Source: Bacteroidota bacterium (GTDB lineage Bacteria > Bacteroidota > Bacteroidia > UKL13-3). Taken from it: a DNA stretch of 64,000 bases. The translations under genes and the position numbers were made by a program. Numbering within the stretch: the stretch's first letter is position 1; every line of letters begins with the position of its first letter. The notes beneath the pieces were generated by a model. The model ran no database searches. It was not told the origin of the DNA and saw only the letters and a program-made list of their open reading frames with translations. This document shows positions 1-10,608 of this stretch, one piece after another. The stretch covers positions 86,403-150,402 of the forward strand of contig JAZKBU010000007.1 of NCBI GenBank assembly GCA_040388375.1, in the 5' to 3' direction.

Positions 1-1925
1 TCTATTGACTTACCATCTTTGTATAATTTAAAGCTTTCTTCTTTCGAATTTATTTTGGCTGCTTTCTCTTTACTGCTTTCTGTTATTATTTCTGGTATAT
101 CAATTACCCCATCTATTTTTAAATCAAAAGAACCCAGTGTAGCGTGTTGAATAGCTGAAATCTTTTTCCAGGTGAAGTTTTTTACTTTTGTTAAATTACT
201 GATGAACTGTTTTGTTTTTTGTTTAGGCCTTAACTGTTCTTCCATATTTTGAAGTGGTTTATAAGCCAGCTCCATTAGTTTTGGTGTAAAATATTGTTTG
301 GCACTTTTTATCCTTTCGCTTAATAATTGTTCATTCAGTGTAGGTTCAGTAATAATTTCTTCTATCCTGATTTTAAATTTGTCAGCTACAATTCTGTGTT
401 CGTTTAAGCTGTGTATAATAGCACCTAGTTGTATTAAGGTCTCTTCTTTCTCCGGAATTTGTTTGGTGGCGGTATAAGCTTCAAACTGGGTAAATTCAAT
501 AAGTATTTTTCTTAAGTCAAATGTTTTGTATAATTGAATTAAGCCATATTCAAACTTTGCCTTATCAAGGTTATCTAGTAACTCTTGCTCGTTTGATTGT
601 TTCAATGAAAACTGGACTATCCTTTCATCGCTCAAAATACTGTTTTGGTATATTCTGCTGAGTAATGTTAATCCATCAAAAGTTCTGCATCTGCTCAATG
701 CTACATACACCTGCCCGGCTGCAAATGAAGCACCCGCATCTATAGCTAACCTGTCAAAAGTGAGTCCCTGGCTTTTGTGAATAGTAATGGCCCAGGCCAG
801 CCTGATAGGGAATTGCCTGAAGTTGCCTATCTCTTCTTCTTCAATGGTGTTTTCGTCCCTGTTTAAATTGTATCTTATATTTCTCCAGGTTTCTTTTTCT
901 ATTTTTAGTTCATCATCGTTTTCAAAAACGACTACAATATCATCTTTATGTATTGATTTTATTTTGGCTAGTTTTCCGTTGAAATAACGCTTTTCAATGT
1001 CGTTTTTGATAAACATTATTTGTGCGCCCTCTTTCAGTTCAAGGCTCTTTTCTGCGGGTAATGCTTTTTCGTTAAAATCGCCAGTAATTTCTCCTTCAAA
1101 CACAAAACTTTCCGATTCTATTTCTGCCAGTTTTTGTTGGTTCATATTATCAGCCGTTCTGTTGTGTGTGGTTAAGGTTATCAATCCATCAACATAACGT
1201 GCAGCCTCAGGGTCGAAACGTTCTTGCAGTAATTCAAAGTCATATTCATCCATATTATTGTGGCGAATATTGTTCAGTAAATTGATGAACTTCTCTTCCT
1301 TTTGCCTGTATATTTTAAATAATTCTAAGTGGGCAGGATTTAATTCTGCGTAGGCTTGAGAGCTAAAGAAAAAAGGGCTTTTGTAGTATTGGCTTAAAAG
1401 CGACCATTCGTTATCAGTAGTTACGGGTGGTAACTGATACATGTCGCCAATAAATAACACTTGTACACCACCAAAAGCTATTTGGCTACGTTTATAATAC
1501 TTGAGTGTTTCTGAAATGCAATCAAGCATATCAGCACGTAACATACTTACTTCATCTATAATGAGTAAATCAAGTTCGTTAAGTAATTCAATTTTTTCAC
1601 GGTTGAACTTTACGTTTTTAAAATGGGTAAATTTATTAACGTAATCTATTTGTCCAAAACCATGATTCCCATCTTTAATAAAAGGTAAAAAAGGAAGTTG
1701 AAAAAATGAATGCATGGTAACGCCACCTGCATTAATAGCGGCTACTCCTGTAGGGGCAACAACTACCATTCGTTTGTTACAGGTTTGTTGTATATGTTTT
1801 AAGAAGGTGGTTTTACCTGTACCTGCTTTACCTGTTAAAAATAAACTTATGTTGGTGTTTTTTACAAGGTCGCTTGCTAGGTTAAAGGTTATATTGTCGT
1901 TATCAGTAGTATCAATGTCACTCAT
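1..1925 (-). CDS. Pif1/RecD-like SF1 DNA helicase, first ~641 codons (C-terminus lies beyond the left window edge)
   Basis: Absent from the ORF track because no stop falls in the window. Minus-strand reading from ATG at 1925-1923 gives MSDIDTTDNDNITFNLASDLVKNTNISLFLTGKAGTGKTTFLKHIQQTCNKRMVVVAPTGVAAINAGGVTMHSFF (Walker A), then ELDLLIIDEVSMLRADMLD (motif II). Near the edge it reads SFKLYKDGKSI, like the HTH tail of Bacteroidetes Pif1-like helicases. The + strand ORFs 787-987, 997-1197 and 1714-1953 are S/F-rich antisense artefacts. Confidence 0.8.
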   Translation of the reverse strand, partial: MSDIDTTDNDNITFNLASDLVKNTNISLFLTGKAGTGKTTFLKHIQQTCNKRMVVVAPTGVAAINAGGVTMHSFFQLPFLPFIKDGNHGFGQIDYVNKFTHFKNVKFNREKIELLNELDLLIIDEVSMLRADMLDCISETLKYYKRSQIAFGGVQVLFIGDMYQLPPVTTDNEWSLLSQYYKSPFFFSSQAYAELNPAHLELFKIYRQKEEKFINLLNNIRHNNMDEYDFELLQERFDPEAARYVDGLITLTTHNRTADNMNQQKLAEIESESFVFEGEITGDFNEKALPAEKSLELKEGAQIMFIKNDIEKRYFNGKLAKIKSIHKDDIVVVFENDDELKIEKETWRNIRYNLNRDENTIEEEEIGNFRQFPIRLAWAITIHKSQGLTFDRLAIDAGASFAAGQVYVALSRCRTFDGLTLLSRIYQNSILSDERIVQFSLKQSNEQELLDNLDKAKFEYGLIQLYKTFDLRKILIEFTQFEAYTATKQIPEKEETLIQLGAIIHSLNEHRIVADKFKIRIEEIITEPTLNEQLLSERIKSAKQYFTPKLMELAYKPLQNMEEQLRPKQKTKQFISNLTKVKNFTWKKISAIQHATLGSFDLKIDGVIDIPEIITESSKEKAAKINSKEESFKLYKDGKSI

Positions 1926-2005
1926 TCTCTACAATGATAAACGAATTATATAAATGCTTTTAAACATTTAATATACCAATAAAATAAGGATTGTTTGTGA
2001 TTGAA

Positions 2006-3184
2006 TTATCGGGCTAATAAAATCCATGCATCAGGATTTTCGCTTTCATGAATAGTATTTAAAGCGATGGTACTTGCATTAAAATCATTCAATTTTTTAT
2101 AGGTTACAAAAAATTTAATATCCCTTGATTTGGTTTTTGGATTGGCTATTAATTCTGCTTCCGGGTAACCTTCTTTGGTTAGCTCCTGCAATAATTTATT
2201 AGCACGTTTTTCTGTTTCAAAGGCACCTGCAATAATGTAGTAGGATGATTTTTCTGCAATGGTTGCTGTTAATACTTCTGTTACTATTTCGTTTATAGGT
2301 TTGCTTTCTTCTGTAACAGTAATTGGTTTAGCAATTACGCTATCCATATTGGTATTATCAGGAGTATTATTTATAGCATTGCTATCTATTATAATATCTT
2401 GAGCAGGTGGGGTTACAGGAACAGCTTTTTCTATAACTGTAGGAGTAGGCGTAATAGTTTCTGTTGCCGACTTAAAGTTATTGTCGAACCAAGTTTTTAT
2501 GGTAACGCCTAAGTTTAATTCGTTGTATTTATTTCTGATAGGGGTTAGGCTTCCTTCTTGCAAAAAAATATAAGCATTTAGCGCTAATACTAAAACCAAT
2601 ACGGAGCCAATAGCAGTAAAGGTTAAACCTCTGCCACTTCTTTTTGATTTTGTTTTTGGTAAAACTGCTACATTATCATTTACTACTACTTCTTCTTCAG
2701 TGGTTGGAACAATAGTTTCAGTATAATTGGTAATTATTTTACTGGTTTTAGCATCACTACCAGTATTTAGTCTGATAGGTTGTAAACCAAATGAGTGGAG
2801 TAAAAAGTTGGTGTTTTTCTCAGGTGTAAAAACAAGGTTTCTATCTACGTTATGGGTAAAAACACCTAATCCTGATAAAACAATTTGTCCGTTATAGTTC
2901 AGTAAGTGATCAAAATTGGCTACTTCTGTTTCTATAATTTTGATAGCGTCAACGTAATTTATTTTTAAGTAATCGGCTACTTTGGTCGCTAAAAGACCAT
3001 CGTTTAGTTTTAATTGCGCATTAAAAGTAATGGTTTTTGTTGGCGGATTAATGACCATAGAAACAGGGTCAATAGTAGCACTTTGTTGGTGCGCTAAAAA
3101 GCCTCCCAAGTTTGGAACTATTACACAATTGTGGTTGTACAATAGGCTATTAACTAATGACCATATATTAACTTCTACCTGCAT
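2006..3184 (-). CDS. HU-like / SPOR domain protein, membrane anchored
   Basis: 392 aa. N-terminal HU-fold-like segment (CVIVPNLGGFLAHQQSATID, ITFNAQLKLNDGLLA), one TM helix (LTFTAIGSVLVLVLALNAYIFL) and a C-terminal SPOR-like domain (YYIIAGAFETEKRANKLLQELTKEGYPEAELI). Confidence 0.7.
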   Translation of the reverse strand: MQVEVNIWSLVNSLLYNHNCVIVPNLGGFLAHQQSATIDPVSMVINPPTKTITFNAQLKLNDGLLATKVADYLKINYVDAIKIIETEVANFDHLLNYNGQIVLSGLGVFTHNVDRNLVFTPEKNTNFLLHSFGLQPIRLNTGSDAKTSKIITNYTETIVPTTEEEVVVNDNVAVLPKTKSKRSGRGLTFTAIGSVLVLVLALNAYIFLQEGSLTPIRNKYNELNLGVTIKTWFDNNFKSATETITPTPTVIEKAVPVTPPAQDIIIDSNAINNTPDNTNMDSVIAKPITVTEESKPINEIVTEVLTATIAEKSSYYIIAGAFETEKRANKLLQELTKEGYPEAELIANPKTKSRDIKFFVTYKKLNDFNASTIALNTIHESENPDAWILLAR

Positions 3185-3361
3185 CTATCTTGATTAATTA
3201 CTCAAATATAACGTATGCAATATAGTAAAAATGCCTAAGCTATCAACATTTACGTGTAAAAAGTTAATTGCGACTTTTTGTTGTTTGGTTTACAAGTACT
3301 AATACGGTGGAAAACTTGTTAGCTGTTTACCTATTTAAATGAATTTGACTGACTTTTGTTT

Positions 3362-5674
3362 TTAAAGCAATTTGAGTTTGGCAAATTTTAGCACAATCAT
3401 TTTTTTTCCAAAATTTTCAAATTCAATTTCGGCTTTTTTTCCATCGCCAGCTCCATCTAAATTGATGACCATTCCAAATCCAAATCGTTGGTGTTCTACT
3501 TTTTGGCTTAATTGTATTTTGCTGGTATCGTCTCCTATAAAATTAGGGTCGCCAGCTGGAGGAGGAGCAACCGTTGTTTTGGGTTGTGTGGTAAATTTTT
3601 GTCCTACTGTTGATGTGGCCGTTTTTGTTGCAGGTAAGCCGGGTTTACCAAATCGAGAGTTGGTATTACCATAGCTACCACGTGGCGATGAACCTATGCT
3701 ATCGCTACCTTTACTGAATATAGCATCCATTTGCAGGTATTGTGGGTTTAACTCACTTAAAAACCTACTGGGTTCGCAATTACTAATGGTACCAAATTTA
3801 AACCGACTTGTGGCAAATGAAAGGGTCAGTTTTTTCATGGCTCTTGTTACGGCCACATAAAATAGTCTTCTTTCTTCTTCTAGTTCTTGTCGGCTGTTTA
3901 ATGAAAGTTGTGAGGGGAATAAATTTTCTTCTAAACCTACAATATATACATGTTTAAATTCAAGTCCTTTTGAGGAGTGAATAGTCATTAAGGTTACTTT
4001 GTCTCTATCGCTTGGGTCTTCGTTGTCGGCATTGGTTAGTAAAGCAATGTCTGACATATACTCTTCTAAAATACCATATTTTTGTACACCATCATCATCC
4101 ACACTATCGTCTACACTAAACTCTTTTATACCATTTAATAACTCTTCAATGTTTTTATAGTGAGCAATCCCTTCTACCGTTTTGTCTTCATATAAAGTTT
4201 TCAATAATCCTGTTTGTGTGGCAATATGCATAGCTATTTCATAAGCCGGTTTCTGCAACATGGTTTGAAAACTTTTAATCATTAACACAAAGTCGTTCAA
4301 AACATCACTCCCTTTAAAACCAAATTCTGCTGAGCGTTGTAGTGTGTCAAATAAACTAATATTGTTTTCCGAGGCTATAACGGTTAATTTATCTAAAGTG
4401 GTTTTACCAATTCCTCTTGTTGGGTAATTGATAATTCGTTTTAGTGCTTCTTCGTCATTGGGGTTAAGTACTACTCTGAAATAGGCTATTATGTCTTTTA
4501 TTTCTTTACGCTGATAAAAACTAAGTCCCCCATAAATTTTGTATGGAATATTCATTTTGCGTAAAGCTTCCTCCAATGAACGACTTTGGGCATTTGTTCT
4601 ATACAAAATGGCAAACTCATTGTTCATGGCGTGTGTATTCATTTTTTCCTGAAAAATGCTGCCGGCTACCATTCGCCCTTCTTCATTATCGGTTAAAGCT
4701 CTGAGTACTTTAATTTTTTCTCCTAAATCGTTGGTGGTAAATACTTTTTTAGGTATTTGGTCTTTGTTCAGTTTTATTAAATCGCCTGCTGCCTCCACTA
4801 TGGTTTGTGTACTTCTATAGTTTTGTTCCAGTTTAAATACTCTGGTATCAGGGAAATCGCGTTGAAAGCCTAAAATATTGGCAATCGTTGCTCCCCTGAA
4901 AGCATAAATACTTTGTGCGTCATCGCCTACCACTGCTACATTTTGATGCACAGCTGAAAGTTTTTTTATAATAGCGTATTGGGCTTGGTTGGTGTCCTGA
5001 AACTCATCAACCATAATGTATTTAAACTGATGTTGGTATTTGTGCAAAACATCTGCATGGTTACGGAATAACTCAAATGTTTTTAAAAGAAGGTCGTCAA
5101 AATCCATGGCACTGGCTCTGAAACAGCGCTCTTGGTACATTTGAAATATTTTACCAAACATAGGTCTGCCACTGCTTTCATCAAATGAGGTATTCTCATC
5201 ATTGGTTATGTATTCTTTTGCATTAACCAAAGCATTTTTAGCGGCTGAAATACGGCCTAATACACTAGATGGTTTATATAATTTATCGTCAAGCCCTAGT
5301 TCTTTAATAATGGTTTTGAGTAAACTTTTAGCATCATCGCTATCGTAAATAGTAAAATTACGTGGGTAGCCAATACGTTCACTTTCTACTCTTAAAATAC
5401 GTGCAAAAACACTGTGAAATGTGCCCATCCAAAGGTTACGTGCTTCATTGCCAACTACGGAATGAATTCTTTCGCGCATTTCTTTACTGGCTTTGTTGGT
5501 AAATGTAAGGGCTAATATATTAAAGGCATCATTGCCTTGTTTTAAAATATGTGCAATTCTGTAGGTAAGTACTCTTGTTTTTCCTGAGCCTGCTCCCGCA
5601 ATAATCATTACTGGCCCTTGGGTATTTTCAACTGCAGCACGTTGACTTTCGTTTAATAAACTTAAATAATCCAC
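3362..5674 (-). CDS. uvrD: ATP-dependent DNA helicase, UvrD/PcrA/Rep family
   Basis: 770 aa. SF1 motifs: AGAGSGKTRVLTYRIAH, MVDEFQDTNQAQY, QNYRST, TIHSSKGLEF, VAVTRA. Confidence 0.95.
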   Translation of the reverse strand: MDYLSLLNESQRAAVENTQGPVMIIAGAGSGKTRVLTYRIAHILKQGNDAFNILALTFTNKASKEMRERIHSVVGNEARNLWMGTFHSVFARILRVESERIGYPRNFTIYDSDDAKSLLKTIIKELGLDDKLYKPSSVLGRISAAKNALVNAKEYITNDENTSFDESSGRPMFGKIFQMYQERCFRASAMDFDDLLLKTFELFRNHADVLHKYQHQFKYIMVDEFQDTNQAQYAIIKKLSAVHQNVAVVGDDAQSIYAFRGATIANILGFQRDFPDTRVFKLEQNYRSTQTIVEAAGDLIKLNKDQIPKKVFTTNDLGEKIKVLRALTDNEEGRMVAGSIFQEKMNTHAMNNEFAILYRTNAQSRSLEEALRKMNIPYKIYGGLSFYQRKEIKDIIAYFRVVLNPNDEEALKRIINYPTRGIGKTTLDKLTVIASENNISLFDTLQRSAEFGFKGSDVLNDFVLMIKSFQTMLQKPAYEIAMHIATQTGLLKTLYEDKTVEGIAHYKNIEELLNGIKEFSVDDSVDDDGVQKYGILEEYMSDIALLTNADNEDPSDRDKVTLMTIHSSKGLEFKHVYIVGLEENLFPSQLSLNSRQELEEERRLFYVAVTRAMKKLTLSFATSRFKFGTISNCEPSRFLSELNPQYLQMDAIFSKGSDSIGSSPRGSYGNTNSRFGKPGLPATKTATSTVGQKFTTQPKTTVAPPPAGDPNFIGDDTSKIQLSQKVEHQRFGFGMVINLDGAGDGKKAEIEFENFGKKMIVLKFAKLKLL

Positions 5675-5756
5675 GTTGGCAAATTACTGTTTTTGCTTTG
5701 GCGGTTTTCAACAACTTTTAATAGTTTACCGTTGTTTTAAAAATAGGTGTTTTTAT

Positions 5757-6446
5757 TTATTGGGTAAAAGCAAATTGTAAAATATTAGCACCCATTTTAA
5801 GCGCTTGTTGTCTGGTTGCTTCAGGGTCGTTGTATATGTCCTGGTCTTCCCAACCATTGCCTAAATCGCATTCGTAACTATAAAAACAAACTAACCGACC
5901 TTTATACATTAAACCAAAACCTTGAGATTGTTTTCCCTCATGCTCATGTATTTTGGGTAGGCCTTTATTAAAATCGAATTTCTGGTGGTAAATAGGGTGT
6001 GACCAAGGCAGTTCAACAAACTCCAATTCCGGAAAAACTTTTTTCATTTCGCGTCTGAAAAATTTATCTAAACCATAATTATCATCGGCATGGAGGAAAC
6101 CTCCTGCTATTAAGTAATTGCGCAGATTTTCGGTTTCTTGTTTATTAAAAACTATATTACCATGACCTGTTAAATGTATGAGCGGGTAATTGAATAAATC
6201 TTTGCTTCCCACTTCTACAATATCTTCTTCAGGCCAAATGGCCAGCTTTAAATTATCGTTACAAAATTTAATCAGGTTGGGTAACGATGTTTTATTAGCA
6301 TACCAATCACCACCACCATTGTATTTGAGTTTGGCAATTTTTACACTTCCTGTTTGGGTAAAGGATAAAAGTGTAATACTGAAAATAATATAAAGGCTGT
6401 ACTTTATAAGTTTAAACATTTGTGTTGTTATGTTGAAAGGGAGCAA
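5757..6446 (-). CDS. DUF4159 domain protein
   Basis: 229 aa with a signal/TM segment. KIAKLKYNGGGDWYANKTSLPNLIKF matches the DUF4159 signature as I remember it. The true start may be the internal Met (MFKLIKY). Confidence 0.75.
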   Translation of the reverse strand: MLPFNITTQMFKLIKYSLYIIFSITLLSFTQTGSVKIAKLKYNGGGDWYANKTSLPNLIKFCNDNLKLAIWPEEDIVEVGSKDLFNYPLIHLTGHGNIVFNKQETENLRNYLIAGGFLHADDNYGLDKFFRREMKKVFPELEFVELPWSHPIYHQKFDFNKGLPKIHEHEGKQSQGFGLMYKGRLVCFYSYECDLGNGWEDQDIYNDPEATRQQALKMGANILQFAFTQ

Positions 6447-6457
6447 GGTAGTAAAAT

Positions 6458-7372
6458 TTATAATTTTCCCCGTGGATGAAAACTATTTATTACGTCATGT
6501 AGATACTCTCTGCTGATGTGGGTATAAATTTCGGTAGTTGTTATACTTTCGTGCCCTAGCATTTGTTGTACTGAGCGTAAATCGGCACCTGCATCAACTA
6601 GGCTTGTAGCAAAGGAGTGGCGCAGGGTATGCGGACTAATGTTTTTATTAATTTGTGCTTTTTGTGCCATTTCTTTAATCACTAAAAAAATATAAACTCT
6701 TGACAGGCCTTTACCACGCCTGTTTAAAAAAATAATATCAGTACTGTTTTTATCTATGTTTAATTTATTGCGTACGGAGTGTAAATAGATATCAATTTCT
6801 TTTAAGGCTCTTTTTGATATGGGCACTAGGCGTTCTTTGTTGCCTTTGCCTATTACTTTTATAAATTCATCGTTCCAAAAAATATCTGATATTTTTAAAC
6901 CTGTGGTTTCACTTACCCGTAATCCGCAGCTAAACATTGTTTCTATAATAGCATGGTTGCGTGTTCCCTCATCGGTGCTTAAATCAGCAGTAGCAAGCAT
7001 TAGGTCAATTTCATCAACACTTAATGTATCGGGTAGTTTGCGTGTTACTTTCGGGCTTTCTAATAATTCGGCAGGATTTATTTTTATTAAATCTTCTAAA
7101 AGTAAATATTTATAAAATGATTTGATACCGCTAATGATACGGGCTTGACTGGTATTGTTTATACCTAACTCGTTTATAAAACGTAAAAACTCCCGTAAGG
7201 TATGTAATGTAATATCTTGTGGTTGTAGCGTAAGTTCTTTAGCGGCCAAAAATTGACAAAGTTTTTCTACATCATGTATATAGGCTTCAATGCTATTTGG
7301 GGAAAGTGATTTTTCTAGTTTTAAATAGGCATTAAAGCCAATTAGGTATGAGTGCCACATATGCTTGAACAA
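6458..7372 (-). CDS. xerD: Site-specific tyrosine recombinase XerD (housekeeping type)
   Basis: 304 aa. N-terminal core-binding domain. Catalytic context CGLRVSE, HTLRHSFATSLVDAGADLRSVQQMLGHESITTTEIYTH (R, HxxR, H, Y). Confidence 0.9.
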   Translation of the reverse strand: MFKHMWHSYLIGFNAYLKLEKSLSPNSIEAYIHDVEKLCQFLAAKELTLQPQDITLHTLREFLRFINELGINNTSQARIISGIKSFYKYLLLEDLIKINPAELLESPKVTRKLPDTLSVDEIDLMLATADLSTDEGTRNHAIIETMFSCGLRVSETTGLKISDIFWNDEFIKVIGKGNKERLVPISKRALKEIDIYLHSVRNKLNIDKNSTDIIFLNRRGKGLSRVYIFLVIKEMAQKAQINKNISPHTLRHSFATSLVDAGADLRSVQQMLGHESITTTEIYTHISREYLHDVINSFHPRGKL

Positions 7373-7380
7373 TGATAATA

Positions 7381-7420
7381 AAAAAAGCCGATTCTAATTA
7401 TTTAGAATCGGCTTTTTCTT
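7381..7420 (-). terminator. Rho-independent terminator downstream of 7438..8316
   Basis: Perfect 12-bp stem agccgattctaa (7386-7397) / ttagaatcggct (7402-7413) with loop ttat. An A-run lies on the + strand left flank, which is a U-run after the stem on the minus strand. Confidence 0.85.
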
Positions 7421-7437
7421 ATTTAGCATACAAGTAG

Positions 7438-8316
7438 TTATTCTACCGGTAATTTAACTTTTTGACAGTTCATTACTTCTACTACATTGGTTGTTCCAAC
7501 TTTAGTATGTTTCCAAACTATAACTACTGCACTCATGTTAGCTTTGTTCCAGTAGTTAACTGAACCAACCGGTGTAGTAAGAGGAGCTGAACCCATGTGT
7601 ACTTTTTCTATAATTGTTCCTGCATCTACTTTACCTGCTTTAATTTCATCTCCAAAAGCACTTGTTGAGAATTTACCTCTTAATACTTCATCGTGTATAT
7701 AGTTTTGTACTATTTTGCCGTTTGCTATCTGGTGGTATTTAACACCATCTTCCAAAGGTAATACAGCCACTTTGTACTGACCGCTATCAGCAGTAAGGAA
7801 TTTTACTCTTGTTTTTATATTGTAAATACCACCTGCATTAGTAGCAGTAACATTCATACCAACTATAGGAGCTGGAGCAGAAAATGTGTTTACATAACTG
7901 CTGGCATTGGCTTGGGCTGTAGAACCAGAACCGCTGAATTTAGCATTTGGTGGAATTAAAAATGTAGGTGCACTATAGCTTCCGCTTGATATAATAAGTT
8001 GTAATAATTCGCCACCTGCAGGAGCATTATACATACTATCATCTTGAGGAGCATTACAATGTACTGCTACGCCTATAACTTTACTTTTTAAGTTTAAATC
8101 TTTTGTTACGGCATTGTAGTTAGGAATACCTAAAGAACCACAAGGATTACATTCGCTACCGGTATAATAAAGGAAAAGAGCTGTTTTTGTAGAGCTAAAT
8201 ACTTCTCCATTTCCAGTTGAATCGTCCTTTTTAGAATCGTCTTTTGAGCAAGATGATAAAATTAGACTTGCTGCTGTAAAAGCAACAGCAAAAGTTTTTA
8301 GTGTAAAATTTTTCAT
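7438..8316 (-). CDS. Lipoprotein, possibly Omp28-related (thioredoxin-like CxxC)
   Basis: 292 aa. Lipobox ILSSCSKDD. YTGSECNPCG motif resembles Omp28-related Bacteroidetes lipoproteins, from memory only. Confidence 0.7.
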   Translation of the reverse strand: MKNFTLKTFAVAFTAASLILSSCSKDDSKKDDSTGNGEVFSSTKTALFLYYTGSECNPCGSLGIPNYNAVTKDLNLKSKVIGVAVHCNAPQDDSMYNAPAGGELLQLIISSGSYSAPTFLIPPNAKFSGSGSTAQANASSYVNTFSAPAPIVGMNVTATNAGGIYNIKTRVKFLTADSGQYKVAVLPLEDGVKYHQIANGKIVQNYIHDEVLRGKFSTSAFGDEIKAGKVDAGTIIEKVHMGSAPLTTPVGSVNYWNKANMSAVVIVWKHTKVGTTNVVEVMNCQKVKLPVE

Positions 8317-8410
8317 TTCTGTTTTAGTTAATTTATAGTTAATTATACTTTAACAATGTAATTAAAAAAAAACTGAATAAGCAAGTAAAATTTTACAACA
8401 TGTTCAATTA

Positions 8411-9265
8411 TTACATAACTTTTAAACTCAAATCAATACTTTTTGCAGAGTGGGTTAAGGCACCTACCGAAATATAATCAACTCCCGAGGCTGCAAAATC
8501 GGTTATGGTAGCTTGTGTAATACCACCACTGGCTTCGGTTTCGTATTGTTTATTAATAAGTGTTATTGCTTCTTTAAGTAATGCAGGGGTAAAGTTATCA
8601 AGCATTATTCTGTTTACGCCCCCTTTGGCTAATACTTGTTTTACTTCGTCTAAACTTCTTGTTTCTATTTCTATTTTAAGGTCTAAATTATTTTGCTTTA
8701 GGTATGCATGTGTTTGGTCAATAGCTTGTGCTATGCCTCCTGCAAAATCAATATGATTATCTTTCAACATAATCATATCATATAAACCTATTCTATGGTT
8801 ATAACTACCACCAATTTTAACTGCATACTTTTCAAACAAACGCATGCCCGGTGTAGTTTTACGTGTATCTAAAACTTTGGTATGGTAATCTTTTAAAAGG
8901 GTACTTATGTTTTTACTTTGGGTGGCTACACCGCTTAATCGCTGGCAAAAATTTAATACCAAACGTTCCGCTGTCAGTATTGAAATTGATTTTCCTTCTA
9001 CTGTAAAAACGGTATCGCCCTTTTTTATGCTATCACCATCTTTAAAAGTAGTAGTAAAAATTAATGAGCTGTCAACTTGTTGGAAAATATATTTAGCCAA
9101 TGGCAATCCGCAAATAATGCCATCGTCCTTGGCTGTACAATAAGCAGTACCTGTTTTACCGGCACTAATACAAGCTAACGAACTGTGATCGCCTGAGCCA
9201 ATATCTTCTCGGAGTGCAATATTAATAAGTTCTTGCACATCGGCTTGTTGTAATAAATTTTCCAT
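8411..9265 (-). CDS. nadC: Nicotinate-nucleotide diphosphorylase (carboxylating), quinolinate phosphoribosyltransferase
   Basis: 284 aa. Typical NadC length and sequence blocks (LDTRKTTPGMRLFEKYAVKIGGSYNHRIGLYDMIMLKDNHI, MLDNF, EASGGI). Confidence 0.95.
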   Translation of the reverse strand: MENLLQQADVQELINIALREDIGSGDHSSLACISAGKTGTAYCTAKDDGIICGLPLAKYIFQQVDSSLIFTTTFKDGDSIKKGDTVFTVEGKSISILTAERLVLNFCQRLSGVATQSKNISTLLKDYHTKVLDTRKTTPGMRLFEKYAVKIGGSYNHRIGLYDMIMLKDNHIDFAGGIAQAIDQTHAYLKQNNLDLKIEIETRSLDEVKQVLAKGGVNRIMLDNFTPALLKEAITLINKQYETEASGGITQATITDFAASGVDYISVGALTHSAKSIDLSLKVM

Positions 9266-9282
9266 TAAATAATGAATTGCAA

Positions 9283-10008
9283 TTATTTGTTGTAGGTTTT
9301 GAATAGGCTTTTTAGTTTTAAACTAATTACGCCCCAAATAGCTTCTTTGAAAATGGATTTACTCATTTTTGATTCTCCCTGTGTTCTATCGGTAAATATA
9401 ATAGGTACTTCGGTAATTTTAAATCCATATTTTAATGCAGTGAACTTCATTTCAATTTGAAATGCATAGCCTCTAAATCTTATTTTATCGAGTTCAATGG
9501 TTTGTAGTAATTTCCTGGTGTAACAAACAAATCCGGCTGTTGTATCTCTTACATTCATGCCTGTAATAAAACGCACATAAGCACTGGCATAGTAACTCAT
9601 AAGCACTCTGTTCATAGGCCAGTTTACTACGTTTACGCCATTGATATAACGTGAGCCAATGGCTAAATCAGCTCCTTGTTCACAGGCATTGTATAATCTG
9701 ATTAAGTCGTCAGGGTTATGGCTAAAGTCTGCATCCATTTCAAAAATGTAATCGTAGCCTTTATTTAAACACCATTTAAATCCTTCAATATATGCTGTGC
9801 CTAAACCGTTTTTTTCTTTGCGGGAAAGCAGGTATAAATTACTGAATTCGTTTTGCAGTTGGGTGACCAATTTTCCTGTTCCGTCAGGCGAATTATCATC
9901 CACTATTAATAAATCGAATGTGGGCTGAAGGCTCATTACTTTTCTAATAATGTTTTCAGCATTTTCTATCTCATTATAGGTTGGTATGATAACTATTTTA
10001 TTGGTCAT
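9283..10008 (-). CDS. GT2 polyprenol-phosphate mannosyltransferase (Dpm1-like)
   Basis: 241 aa. IIPTYNEIENA, LLIVDDNSPDGTG and EMDADFSHNP are classic dolichyl/polyprenyl-phosphate mannose synthase blocks. Confidence 0.9.
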   Translation of the reverse strand: MTNKIVIIPTYNEIENAENIIRKVMSLQPTFDLLIVDDNSPDGTGKLVTQLQNEFSNLYLLSRKEKNGLGTAYIEGFKWCLNKGYDYIFEMDADFSHNPDDLIRLYNACEQGADLAIGSRYINGVNVVNWPMNRVLMSYYASAYVRFITGMNVRDTTAGFVCYTRKLLQTIELDKIRFRGYAFQIEMKFTALKYGFKITEVPIIFTDRTQGESKMSKSIFKEAIWGVISLKLKSLFKTYNK

Positions 10009-10083
10009 AAATTTTTCAATTATAAACTTAAACGGTTTATTTTACAATTTATCGCGTATTATTGAAGCAAAAATTATTTATAA

Positions 10084-10587
10084 ATGGTTTTGAACAAGGC
10101 CGCATTTTTTGACAGGGACGGAGTTTTAAATTTTGAAGTTGGAGATTATATTCAACGTTTTGAGGATTTTAAGTTGCTTCCTTATCTGTTTTCGAACCTG
10201 AAAAAATTACACGATAATGGTTACTTACTTTTTGTAATTACTAACCAGGGTGGCATAGCAAAAAAGCTATATAACAGGACTGAATTAGAAAAAATGCATT
10301 TGTTTTTGCAAGAACAAGCCAAAGAAAACGGCTTCTTTTTTACTGAAATGTATTACTGTCCACATCATCCTGAAAGTAGTAATTGCCTATGTAGAAAACC
10401 AGGAAGTATGATGGTTGAAAAGGCTGTTGCTAAATACAATATTGATGTAACAAAAAGTTTTATGATTGGTGACAAGGAACGCGATGTTGTTTGTGCAAAT
10501 GGGGCGGGGGTAAAGGGCTATTTAATTGATGCAAATCAAGATTTTAGCCATATTGTTGAACAAGAAATGAGCTGCAGTATTAGCTAA
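10084..10587 (+). CDS. gmhB: HAD-IIIA phosphatase, D,D-heptose 1,7-bisphosphate phosphatase-like
   Basis: 167 aa. FFDRDGVLN (DxD nucleophile), VITNQGGIAK, Zn-finger-like YYCPHHPESSNCLCRKP, IGDKERD. Confidence 0.8.
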   Translation: MVLNKAAFFDRDGVLNFEVGDYIQRFEDFKLLPYLFSNLKKLHDNGYLLFVITNQGGIAKKLYNRTELEKMHLFLQEQAKENGFFFTEMYYCPHHPESSNCLCRKPGSMMVEKAVAKYNIDVTKSFMIGDKERDVVCANGAGVKGYLIDANQDFSHIVEQEMSCSIS

Positions 10588-10608
10588 TTTATTGGGGAAT
10601 TTAAGTAA

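Noticed and set aside
6458-7372. XerD as an integrase marking a mobile element or invertible promoter.
   Set aside because: Its sequence and size are those of the chromosomal dif-resolving XerD. I saw no flanking inverted or direct repeats, and its neighbours are housekeeping genes.
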